Origin: Bacteriovoracia bacterium
GTDB taxonomy: Bacteria; Bdellovibrionota; Bacteriovoracia; Bacteriovoracales; Bacteriovoracaceae
Assembly (NCBI GenBank): GCA_046570105.1
Contig: JBKHVI010000004.1
Span: 32,001-96,000 of the forward strand
Direction: 5' to 3'
Length of the DNA: 64,000 bases
Of the stretch, positions 27,475 to 36,696 are shown piece by piece. The number at the start of each line of letters is the position of its first letter. Positions within the stretch are counted from its first letter, which is position 1. The notes beneath the pieces were generated by a model. It had not been told where the DNA came from. It worked only from the letters and a program-made list of their open reading frames with translations, and did no database searches. The translations under genes were made by a program, and so were the position numbers.

Positions 27475-28371
27475 CTAATCTCCTATGACCCGTTTAAGTT
27501 CGTTGGCGTAACGCTTGGCCAAACCTTCAGCATCAGTTGCTGATAATAAATCTTTTGCCAGATCTTTTTTACCGAGACGATAGGCCGTGAGAGACATATT
27601 TAAACCTACATCGCTTCTGCGGCGTAATTTATCGGGAACCAAAGAGAAATGTTCCCAAGCTTCTTCCCAACGTGCGAGTACCGCTAAGCTATTGGCTAAG
27701 CCAATACGAACTTCAACATCGTTAGGGGCTTCATTCGATAGACCTTGGAAAATCGGGAGCGACTTATCAGCAAGACCATAATTTAAAAGAAGATGGGCTT
27801 GATTGTAGCGAGGTGTGCGAGTGAACTGACCATTCTTCAAAGCTCTCTGCAACGCTACCTGCGCTTTCTGATCTTGATTGTTTTTTCCGTAGATCACACC
27901 AATATTGTTTAACGCTGGTACATAGTCAGGAGAGACTTCGATCGCTTTGTTATAGAACAACAAAGCTTTGCGTTCATTGCCCTGTAAGAGGTAGCAAGTC
28001 GCTATTTGATTCCAATAAGTCGGAAGCTTCAGATGAGTATTGAAAATAGCTTCGGCAATCCCAAAGGCACGCTGATAATCACGCTCATAACAACTTGCCA
28101 TCATCACAGCGAGTGGATCTTTTCCGGCCAGAATCTCTTTCATCTCAGCATCAGAGGCATTATTAGCTGACTCACTCAAAAGAACGTTGTCGCCCTTACC
28201 TTTAGCATTGTAGTGATCTTGTCCCGGAGTATAGACGATAGGTTTCTTTTTTGCGAAATCTTGATTGCTGATGACAACACCAGCGGCTGGATCAGCTTCC
28301 AATGCCTTCTTAGAGCTTGGTCCACCAGCGCAACCTGCCAAAAGAATGGATAGAACAAATGCGTATTTCAT
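27475..28371 (-). CDS. gltE: TPR lipoprotein (GltE/AglT-like)
   Basis: Lipobox LAGC; TPR repeats (ALNNIGVIY); synteny. Confidence 0.7.
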   Translation of the reverse strand: MKYAFVLSILLAGCAGGPSSKKALEADPAAGVVISNQDFAKKKPIVYTPGQDHYNAKGKGDNVLLSESANNASDAEMKEILAGKDPLAVMMASCYERDYQRAFGIAEAIFNTHLKLPTYWNQIATCYLLQGNERKALLFYNKAIEVSPDYVPALNNIGVIYGKNNQDQKAQVALQRALKNGQFTRTPRYNQAHLLLNYGLADKSLPIFQGLSNEAPNDVEVRIGLANSLAVLARWEEAWEHFSLVPDKLRRRSDVGLNMSLTAYRLGKKDLAKDLLSATDAEGLAKRYANELKRVIGD

Positions 28372-31250
28372 TTTACGCCTCCACGATCCATTAGCACCAT
28401 TGAGCCCTGCTTCTGATAGGAAGGAACAACATCAGCACCTTGAATGGCCAGCATTTCAAAATTGTCTTCAGACAAAATGGTATTTTTTTGGATCAATTGT
28501 TTTACATCCATTCGTCTTTTCTGTGCTGTTTGGAGAATAGGCGTCCAAACACCTGACATCGCCTTTCGGAAACTTTCAACGTACTCAGGACTTTTACCTT
28601 CAGGAGAAAACAGTCTAAGTTCTTCAGCGAAGGCTTCATAGGAGTTGATCAGAATTTTGTAAGCTTTTACGATGCCTTTACCTGAACCTGTCTTTTGGAT
28701 TTCATTGACATCAACAGTAAGTGAATCAAGCATTGAGAGTTTGGCTTTAACAGTCTGATTGAAGTTTTGCTCAGGGAACACCAGCTTCATATTTCCAAGT
28801 TGAATGCGTTTTTGCTCAAGCTTAGGCATTAAGCCGAGGGCGATAATATCCAGGGCTTCTACTGGAATATCTAGGTTCTTTGCTTTGGCGCTTCGATAGA
28901 TTGCAAGTATTTGGCTTCCAAGTAGCTGTGCCTTATCGGTATCACCCAGGCCAATATATGTTTGGCGTAAATTTTCCAAATAAACAATTGTAAGGGGTGC
29001 CTGGGATTTACTTTCAGTCACGGGTCTGATGACTTCAGCCAACGATTCCCAACGCTTCAACCGTGCATATTCTTTGGCAAGCTCAAGACGGGCTTCATTC
29101 ATTGTGCCAACATCGATTCCACAACGTGCGCCAAGCCCCATCACTTCTTCAGCTTTATCTATTTTTCCTTCTGCTAACCAAAGGAAAACCGAGTTCTTGA
29201 AGGCAGTGTTCTTGGCCGCGAGACCCTCAGTGCAAAGTTTGGCGACTGTTCGCGCTCCAAGATCTGCTGACTGCTGAAAGCGCTGCCTGAGGAAGAGGTT
29301 GCTGGAAATTGCTAAGAATGAGGTTGAGAATTGTTTGGCCTCTTTGCCATCCATTTCTTGTAATGCTACGACCGCCCACTTGTAGCTTTCTGGTAAATCA
29401 CCGGCTTCATAATAAAGCGCTGCTAAGTTGTAAGCAGCGTTCGCCTTAGCGCGCGGAGTACTTTCGTTGCTGTTGTAGATGCGAATATAGCTTTTAAGCG
29501 CTGTGCTCTTATCACCTTTATCAAGTGCCATTTGGGCACCTTCAATTTGAATCTTTGTCATGAGCTGACGAAGAGCATCTGCATACTTCTTAGAAACTTT
29601 ATAAGTCCCATTATTGATTTCAGTCACAAAGAATTTAACTTTTGAATAGTCTTTCTTCTTACGTGCATGCTCCATTACTTCTGCTAGCATCGCTTCCTGA
29701 GTTTTAAAATCTTCGGGATAAGTTTTGGCATAGCCGTTCATCACTTTCTCAGCGTTATCAACGTCATTACGACTCATATACACTTTGAAAAGTTTTTGAC
29801 GAATGACTTTGGCACGAGCAGAGCTTCCGTCCTGCGCTAAGTATGATGTGTATACCGGAACATAGTATTTTTCCGCCAACGATTGAGGGAAGCCTTTCTG
29901 ACCTAGCGCCGCCAACATCCCTTCCATTGCCTGCGAGGCTACTTTTGAATTTTTCTCTTTCAAGGCCGAGCTATTCGCAAGCTGATAGGATTCCATCGCC
30001 TCAGTATATTTTCCTGCTGCGTAAGCCGTTTCACCTTTAAAGAAAGTCGGCTCCGCTGTCTGCCCAGGACGTAAGCGTGCCAATAAAGTAAAGTACGCAT
30101 TGGCCTGACGGGCACGTAGCTCACGGGTTTTCTTCACATTTTTATAGATATCAGAGGCAGCCGCTTTTTGAAGTTCGGCAGCTTTCTTCGCCACTTGATA
30201 CTCTAAAATCTTAGTTTGAGAGCGATCTAGCTTACGGTCTTCAAAAAGTTTTGTGAGTTCCTCTGAAGCCTTTAAATGAGGTGGGACTTTTTCGAATTTA
30301 TCAAACAGATCTAACTGCAAAGTTAGGACTTCAGCACGACCCTCTGTCGTTTTCTGCATGGAGGCAGCTTCATTGGCCAATTGCTCAGCTTGAGTAAATT
30401 TACCTTGAGCAATCAGTACTTTCGCAATTTTGATCAGATGATTTGAAAAATCGATATTCTGAGCTTTATACCACTTGATCGCTTCGTCAGTACGACGTGC
30501 CTCAATAAAGAATCCACCCAGATCTCTTTCAACAAAATGACTCATATTGATGAAACGTTGATCAGAGGACTTCTGATGAATTTCTTTCATCAGATTAATG
30601 GCTTTGGTGTAATTCTTCACACGGTAGTAACACCAAGCAAGATTAAAAGCGTCTTTAGTCCACCATGTTTCATTTATTTTAGAAAGAGCACTTTCATATA
30701 GAGGAATGGCCTTAGAGAACTGAGCCTTATTATATAGAGAGTCAGCTAGGGCTAATTGTGATTTATGAAAGGTATTACTCCCCTTGCGCGCCTTCTTGGT
30801 GGCAAGAGCGAAATATTTTTGAGCTTGATCGTATTGCTTCAGCTCACGTGCATTGTAGGCAAGGATATAATAAACGTCAGCAATGTCTTTATAATTAGGG
30901 AATTGCTTAGTCACAGCCGTTGCATATTGATTGGCCACCTGAAAGTTTCGATTTGATCCAGCGTAGGCTTTGTTTTGATCGGCAGATCTTCGCTGTTCAG
31001 CTGGCAAGGCCAAGAAACGCTCGTTCTCACTCTCGCGTACTAGACGAGCTTTTTCTAAGTTCAGTTCAGCCGCACGCAACAATAGTTCTGGATCTCGGTT
31101 GCCTCTTTGCTTAGATAAGCGAGTCACCTCATTGAGTTCTTCATCAATGATATCGAGAATGCGACCACGACGCTCATCTTCAGAGATTTTAGCTCCCCAA
31201 ATATTAGTCGTGGCGATGAGGAGTAGTACCGTTAGTACGTGCTTTAACAT
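28368..31250 (-). CDS. gltD: Large secreted TPR protein (GltD/AgmU-like)
   Basis: 960 aa, signal peptide, many TPRs (AFNLAWCYY, AAYNLAALYY); synteny. Confidence 0.7.
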   Translation of the reverse strand: MLKHVLTVLLLIATTNIWGAKISEDERRGRILDIIDEELNEVTRLSKQRGNRDPELLLRAAELNLEKARLVRESENERFLALPAEQRRSADQNKAYAGSNRNFQVANQYATAVTKQFPNYKDIADVYYILAYNARELKQYDQAQKYFALATKKARKGSNTFHKSQLALADSLYNKAQFSKAIPLYESALSKINETWWTKDAFNLAWCYYRVKNYTKAINLMKEIHQKSSDQRFINMSHFVERDLGGFFIEARRTDEAIKWYKAQNIDFSNHLIKIAKVLIAQGKFTQAEQLANEAASMQKTTEGRAEVLTLQLDLFDKFEKVPPHLKASEELTKLFEDRKLDRSQTKILEYQVAKKAAELQKAAASDIYKNVKKTRELRARQANAYFTLLARLRPGQTAEPTFFKGETAYAAGKYTEAMESYQLANSSALKEKNSKVASQAMEGMLAALGQKGFPQSLAEKYYVPVYTSYLAQDGSSARAKVIRQKLFKVYMSRNDVDNAEKVMNGYAKTYPEDFKTQEAMLAEVMEHARKKKDYSKVKFFVTEINNGTYKVSKKYADALRQLMTKIQIEGAQMALDKGDKSTALKSYIRIYNSNESTPRAKANAAYNLAALYYEAGDLPESYKWAVVALQEMDGKEAKQFSTSFLAISSNLFLRQRFQQSADLGARTVAKLCTEGLAAKNTAFKNSVFLWLAEGKIDKAEEVMGLGARCGIDVGTMNEARLELAKEYARLKRWESLAEVIRPVTESKSQAPLTIVYLENLRQTYIGLGDTDKAQLLGSQILAIYRSAKAKNLDIPVEALDIIALGLMPKLEQKRIQLGNMKLVFPEQNFNQTVKAKLSMLDSLTVDVNEIQKTGSGKGIVKAYKILINSYEAFAEELRLFSPEGKSPEYVESFRKAMSGVWTPILQTAQKRRMDVKQLIQKNTILSEDNFEMLAIQGADVVPSYQKQGSMVLMDRGGVK

Positions 31251-32650
31251 TCAGACCCCAATGCGAAGACATAGTCGCCTAACTCATCGGCCCAGAACTC
31301 ACCATTAAAGTCCCAGAAGTATTGTTTATCGTTGCGGTCGATGTAGCGAATATCTCCTCGCTTCCCACCCGATGATTTTGACTCATAAAGTGACTGTTTC
31401 TTGCGAGAGAGAACTTCGAGCTTGATAAAACTCATATCCTGGAAAGACTGTGTGAGGGCGGTGTATTTATCATGCATTTGAGCACGGGCGTAACTTCCCA
31501 GAAGGTCTTGGTAATTACCCACAACTTCTTTTACGTTTCTCATCAGTGCAACGGCCATGCGACCATTGCCCAAAGACTTTAGAGTACTAAATTCTTTGAT
31601 CGCATCTATGTAGGCTTGTTTCATCTCTTGCCAAGCAGGATCTTTAGAAACCGAAAGCAACAAGGCCTGCATCAAAAAATCTTTTGCCGATCTATCTTGT
31701 TCAAAGGTTGTGACTAAACGGAAGTAATAGTTATAGTCGCGACCATGTGACACAAGAAAGCTGCGAAGATCTTTTGAGGGCTCAAGCCAGCGAGTGTAGA
31801 AATCTTCGACGATGCCATTTACATCGCTGTAGAGACACATTCTTAAGTAAGCCATCGCCTTCAGAACTTCAATCTCTGGATTAAAGACGAAATCAAAGAC
31901 TGGGGCCTTATAGGAAACTAATTTACCGAGGGTTCTATTGTAGTTTTTTAGATAGTAACTCGACCAAGCTTCCTCGAATAAAATTTCAGGCCAGACATAT
32001 GACGATTTAGGGACATCTAAATAGAGGAAGTCAGCTTTAACATAATCACCACGACCGAAGGCTGTCCGTGCGATTCCGGCTATACAGGAATCACGGTTGA
32101 TCAGTAACTGGCGCATTTTTACTGGATCGGACTCTCCATTAAAGCGTGAGCGAGAAAAGTTCACACAGTCTTTATAGTCAGACTCGGCTTCAGCGTGTTT
32201 ACCTTGGATACCGTGAATCGCGGCCCGCAAATGAGCTGCAAAGGGATAAACAGGATGATTGGCATTCACTCGAGTTAACTCGGTAAGTGAATCATTCCAA
32301 CGGCCTTTTCGAAAATGTTTCTTGGCCAGAATGTAGCGAATCACTGATGAGCGCGACTGACCAAGAATATTGTCAGGCAAAGTTTCAAAAGGACGAACGC
32401 CTGTGCGTGCGATCATCTTATCAAATGCACGATCGAGATCTTCGTCAATGATAGATCTATTTTGCACAAGGTAGTCTTTCATGAAGGGAACGGCCGCAAA
32501 GGGATAACCGTCATCAACAAGTTGAATAACTAGTTTTCTCCACGAGGATGGCCCCGAGCTTGATTCCCAGATTTTTTGTGCATCATTAAGACTGGCCCAA
32601 ACTGTTGAGCTCATCATAAGTGTTGCGATTAAGACGAGATGGTGGAACAT
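31244..32650 (-). CDS. gltC: Secreted TPR protein (GltC-like)
   Basis: WPEILFEEAWSSY and C-terminal WDFNGEFWADELGDY; start set to ATG 32650 after GGGAG. Confidence 0.7.
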   Translation of the reverse strand: MFHHLVLIATLMMSSTVWASLNDAQKIWESSSGPSSWRKLVIQLVDDGYPFAAVPFMKDYLVQNRSIIDEDLDRAFDKMIARTGVRPFETLPDNILGQSRSSVIRYILAKKHFRKGRWNDSLTELTRVNANHPVYPFAAHLRAAIHGIQGKHAEAESDYKDCVNFSRSRFNGESDPVKMRQLLINRDSCIAGIARTAFGRGDYVKADFLYLDVPKSSYVWPEILFEEAWSSYYLKNYNRTLGKLVSYKAPVFDFVFNPEIEVLKAMAYLRMCLYSDVNGIVEDFYTRWLEPSKDLRSFLVSHGRDYNYYFRLVTTFEQDRSAKDFLMQALLLSVSKDPAWQEMKQAYIDAIKEFSTLKSLGNGRMAVALMRNVKEVVGNYQDLLGSYARAQMHDKYTALTQSFQDMSFIKLEVLSRKKQSLYESKSSGGKRGDIRYIDRNDKQYFWDFNGEFWADELGDYVFALGSEC

Positions 32651-32666
32651 CCTGTTCTCCCTTAGC

Positions 32667-33359
32667 TCAGAAAGCAAACATTATGCCGACACCGAAATCA
32701 TAATTTGAGAACAGTTGAGATTTGTCACTCGTATTAGATTTACGGTCAGCATTATAGTGAATTCCAGTGAAATCAAGTCTCATACTCCATGCCTGGTTGA
32801 TGTGAAACCGCATGGCCGTTGACCAAACACCACCTGTGATACTTTCACTGGTAAGTGAATCTCCGGCGCCAGGAGTGAACTTATTACGGTTATCAAGCGT
32901 TGTGACTTGCGCAACACCTGCACCAAACATCCAATCGAAATAGAAGATTTCATTGAAAGTATTAATCTTGGCATAGAATGGTGACCACCAAAGAATCCCA
33001 CCCATCACCGTATCAAATTTACGATAGAACGGAACAGTTCCCTGCTCCTTCACACCTTTGGCAGTATCGTTTTCATCACCTGTGTATTTGGCGTAGAGAA
33101 ATTCAACACCCCAATCCTCTTTGAAGAAGTAGCCAACGCGTGCACTACCACCAAGTGAATCAACGAAAGCACCAGAGATGGTTTTTATTCCACCCATACC
33201 AACATAGAGTCGGCCGTCCTTTCGAAATTTTCTGTTTTGAAGTACGTAGATTTCTTTGTCTTTATCTAGCCAAGAAAAATCATAAACAGATTTTTCACTG
33301 GCCATCACACTGGTAGTGATCAAAAAACAAAAGCCTAGGGCCCATAGCATTTTCTTCAT
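32667..33359 (-). CDS. Outer membrane beta-barrel protein (GltA/B/H-like)
   Basis: Signal peptide, VLQNRKFRK, WSPFYAK, alternating strands, terminal Phe. Confidence 0.75.
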   Translation of the reverse strand: MKKMLWALGFCFLITTSVMASEKSVYDFSWLDKDKEIYVLQNRKFRKDGRLYVGMGGIKTISGAFVDSLGGSARVGYFFKEDWGVEFLYAKYTGDENDTAKGVKEQGTVPFYRKFDTVMGGILWWSPFYAKINTFNEIFYFDWMFGAGVAQVTTLDNRNKFTPGAGDSLTSESITGGVWSTAMRFHINQAWSMRLDFTGIHYNADRKSNTSDKSQLFSNYDFGVGIMFAF

Positions 33360-33400
33360 GTCCTCATCCTAAGAAACAGGGGTAATGCGCTTCTATCTTC

Positions 33401-33428
33401 ATGATAACACGCACTCAACCTGGTGCAA
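33401..33428 (-). promoter_or_regulatory. sigma70-like promoter of the glt operon
   Basis: TTGCAC-N16-TATCAT with TG extension. Confidence 0.55.
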
Positions 33429-33429
33429 G

Positions 33430-36400
33430 CTAACGTGGACAGAAGCCTCTATAGGGGCATTTTGGACAATGAGATTCATCGATTTTGTCTAACTCTGAGA
33501 GACGCTTCCAGATTGGGAAAAGTTCTGTTTGAACTTCAGTATAAGAAAGTTTTTTTGTCAGGAGTTGTTGCGTGTCTAAATAGCAAAGACGCAAAACAAC
33601 CTCTGAGGCGCGAGAAACAAGCCCGCTCTCCCAATGGCCCCACGCGTATATCATTAGCTGCTGCCAGTATTTTAGTTGAGTGCTCTCGTCAGGACGACCT
33701 GTTTTGTAGTCCCAAATCTCGAGATCGTTTCCATAAGCAACTAAATCAGGAATACCGGTAAGCATGAAACCAAAAAGGGGAAATTTCATCTGCACTTCGG
33801 ATTTCAAGTGAGCACCGGCACAAAGTGTCTGCACTTCTTGGAGTGCCCACTCCATCTTTTGCCTGTCAGGACTATTCACCCATTTCACAGGCAAGGTGAA
33901 ACGATTTAACACTGCTTCAGACAATCCTAAGTGAATAGCACTGCCTCGCTCTGACGATGACATCGGACGTGATTCATCTTCACTGACATAAATAACATCG
34001 TTTTCCTCATCTTCTTTCAGACGAAGTACCTGCTTGTAATAAAACTTCCGCGGACATTCCCATAGACTATTTAGTCTTGTGACAGCTAGTTCTGGACTCA
34101 CTCCATAGGCCGGGAGTTCGTGTGTAGATTCTTTTTTACTCAACCCCAATGTATTGATATGGAAGAAGGGCCTGGCAGTTGCTTGAGATCCAAAATCATC
34201 TGGTGTCAGCTTTATCTCGCTTCTTTCATATAGCGCAGTCGTCGCTCTTTCAAGATAGGCCTCTAAACCTTTTGCCCACGACAACTCGGACAATGTGAGT
34301 TGCTTTTCTTGAGCTTGAAAGCGCACAAACACCAGTTCTTCTTTGGCGCGAGTACAAGCGACATAAAAAAGACGCTTCGATTCAGCAAAGTCTTTTTGCT
34401 TATTGAGAACTTTTTCAAACTCTAATTGTGGTGTTGGCGTTCGTTTTCGACTCGAAGCCTCTTCGACCCACAAAGCTGCTCCTGGCAATGAACCAATCCA
34501 ATCTTGCTTGGGTCGACTTCTGCCATTGGTTACAAGTCCAGCAACTATCACCACTTCGTATTCCAACCCCTTAGATCCGTGTGACGTTTGTAATACCACT
34601 TTGTGGGGATCTTTTCCGAAGCGGAAATTTGCCGACCAGGTTTGTGATCCTTTTGCCTTAATTTTCAGTGCAACTGTTTCGAGATCGCCTCCGCTTAAGC
34701 TCAGAAGTTCACGTAATTCTTTTAAATTACCCTCGTGCAAACTATTCGTTATCCCGAGACGGGCCAAGAATAAATCAAATGCGAGTGTGCCTCCGTATAA
34801 TCTAACATCATTTGCAAAACTCTCAATTGCTGAAGCAACTAATTCAATTGAATCTACCTGCAGAATTTGCAAGTAGCCCGAAATCATAAACTGTGACCAG
34901 GCCTTCTCTTTTTTACCTAAAATATCTTCGATTAGACTTAAAAGTATTCCCGTTACCGGATCGTCTTTAAATGGAATTTTAGCTTGGGCGGTAAATCCTA
35001 TTCCGCGCTTCATAAGCGAAGCCATTAAACTCGCTGACGGAGCTAAGCGCTTATAAAGAACTGCGATTGTGCCAGCACCTAAGTTTTCTTTTCGTTTGAG
35101 TATGTATTCAGCAATCACCTCGGCTTCCGCCTGATTAATATAAGCGGAACTCCACTTAGGACTCTTTTTCTCTTTCTGTGATTCATCAACCAAAACTACA
35201 TCAGGTAAAAGAGTCTCAAAAATGGTGACTTTACCTTCGGCAATCTCTTTATCTGGAATTGACTGAGATTCCATTTCAACAGCATGAGCGTCGTGCCCTT
35301 CCCAACCGACACCCAATGGAAAAATCTTTTCAAACAAGTCATTGTTGAACTGAATAATATTTGAAAGAGAGCGATAATTTGATCGCAGTGGAAGAGTGGT
35401 GATACCTCGACTTTGTTGTAAATCCAGAAATACCTGCAACTCACCACCACGGAAACCGTAAATGGCTTGTTTTGCATCACCTACACAAAACAGCTTGCGG
35501 CTATCATTATTAGTAAGTTCGCGTAGTACATCGAATTGAACGCGTGAAGTATCTTGAAATTCATCAACTACAAAATAAGTGAATTCATTTCTAATCTTTT
35601 CCGCAATGGGCTTTTGTCGAACCGATCGCAGCACATGGTATTCCAGATCGCCATAGGTCAAACCATCGGTAGGACGCAGGCCAGCTTCAACAAATCGAAC
35701 AAGACCATGGAGGGTTTGTAGCCACGGAAAAATTCTTTGTTTGAAGTGAGTTTGATAGGCATCAAAGAGATCGCTCCACTCTTTGATACCTTCTTTTAAA
35801 TTCTTCCAGCCTTCGATGAATTCATCACCGACATGTTCTTTATGCCCACCAAAATTTAAGCGAGTCGCACCCACTTCGGAGCGTATAAACTCATTCCATC
35901 GATGGATATCATCCCAGTTTGAGATATTTTTATCATACGTATTCAAAGCATCTACTAGCGCAACCCATTTATTATTCTTTTTGCGGGCCTCTTCCGGGAC
36001 ATCGACAGGTGGGAGTTTTATAAAATTATCCCACCCAAGCATTTGGCTAAGTTCGGGCACCATCCAACCGAGCTTCGAAGGTTCAGCATCCTTAGGGTTA
36101 AAACTCATCCAGGAATCACGAAGGGCGGGATCATTAAAAATTTCGATGAGTGTGTCGCCAAGCTGTGTGCGATACATCGCCGCGTCTCTTGCCGCGTCCG
36201 GCGCTAGCTTTGAAGCAGAGAGCTCCCACCATATATCAAAAAGCGCTAAGACTTTCTTTTGTCTTGGAGCATCCATAATAATCGCCACATCCGGCGGTAG
36301 ATCTGGAAAGAATCCACGCCTGACAAGGCGATAAAAGAAACCGTCAATAGTAGTGACTGCTAATCGTTCAATTTGAGTCAGAGCTTCTTGCCACCAAGAC

Positions 36401-36696
36401 TTTTCACTTGCTTGTGCGTTTTCAAATTCTTTTTGAAAACGGTTTGTTAAGCGAACAAGAATTTCTCCTGCGGCCAACTTAGTAAATGTCATCAACACCG
36501 TAGCCGAATATTTCTCAGCTAAATAATCTGTAAACTCACCCTGCCGCTTACTCTCCCACTCACTTCTCCAAGAACGTGTGAGATAAATCACATGCTCAAC
36601 GAGAACAAATGTTTTTCCTGAGCCGGCCCCCGCCTTTAGGAGGATGCCACCTTGATGCTCAATTGCCGGCTTTTGTTCGTGATTTGCTGTGCTCAT
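33430..36696 (-). CDS. addA: AddA-like UvrD helicase with PD-(D/E)XK nuclease
   Basis: AGAGSGKT, VDEFQDT, VGDAKQAIYGFRG, SHGSKGLE, YVACTRA and GIPDL..WDYKTG. Start ATG 36696 overlaps the addB stop (ATGA). Confidence 0.88.
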   Translation of the reverse strand: MSTANHEQKPAIEHQGGILLKAGAGSGKTFVLVEHVIYLTRSWRSEWESKRQGEFTDYLAEKYSATVLMTFTKLAAGEILVRLTNRFQKEFENAQASEKSWWQEALTQIERLAVTTIDGFFYRLVRRGFFPDLPPDVAIIMDAPRQKKVLALFDIWWELSASKLAPDAARDAAMYRTQLGDTLIEIFNDPALRDSWMSFNPKDAEPSKLGWMVPELSQMLGWDNFIKLPPVDVPEEARKKNNKWVALVDALNTYDKNISNWDDIHRWNEFIRSEVGATRLNFGGHKEHVGDEFIEGWKNLKEGIKEWSDLFDAYQTHFKQRIFPWLQTLHGLVRFVEAGLRPTDGLTYGDLEYHVLRSVRQKPIAEKIRNEFTYFVVDEFQDTSRVQFDVLRELTNNDSRKLFCVGDAKQAIYGFRGGELQVFLDLQQSRGITTLPLRSNYRSLSNIIQFNNDLFEKIFPLGVGWEGHDAHAVEMESQSIPDKEIAEGKVTIFETLLPDVVLVDESQKEKKSPKWSSAYINQAEAEVIAEYILKRKENLGAGTIAVLYKRLAPSASLMASLMKRGIGFTAQAKIPFKDDPVTGILLSLIEDILGKKEKAWSQFMISGYLQILQVDSIELVASAIESFANDVRLYGGTLAFDLFLARLGITNSLHEGNLKELRELLSLSGGDLETVALKIKAKGSQTWSANFRFGKDPHKVVLQTSHGSKGLEYEVVIVAGLVTNGRSRPKQDWIGSLPGAALWVEEASSRKRTPTPQLEFEKVLNKQKDFAESKRLFYVACTRAKEELVFVRFQAQEKQLTLSELSWAKGLEAYLERATTALYERSEIKLTPDDFGSQATARPFFHINTLGLSKKESTHELPAYGVSPELAVTRLNSLWECPRKFYYKQVLRLKEDEENDVIYVSEDESRPMSSSERGSAIHLGLSEAVLNRFTLPVKWVNSPDRQKMEWALQEVQTLCAGAHLKSEVQMKFPLFGFMLTGIPDLVAYGNDLEIWDYKTGRPDESTQLKYWQQLMIYAWGHWESGLVSRASEVVLRLCYLDTQQLLTKKLSYTEVQTELFPIWKRLSELDKIDESHCPKCPYRGFCPR

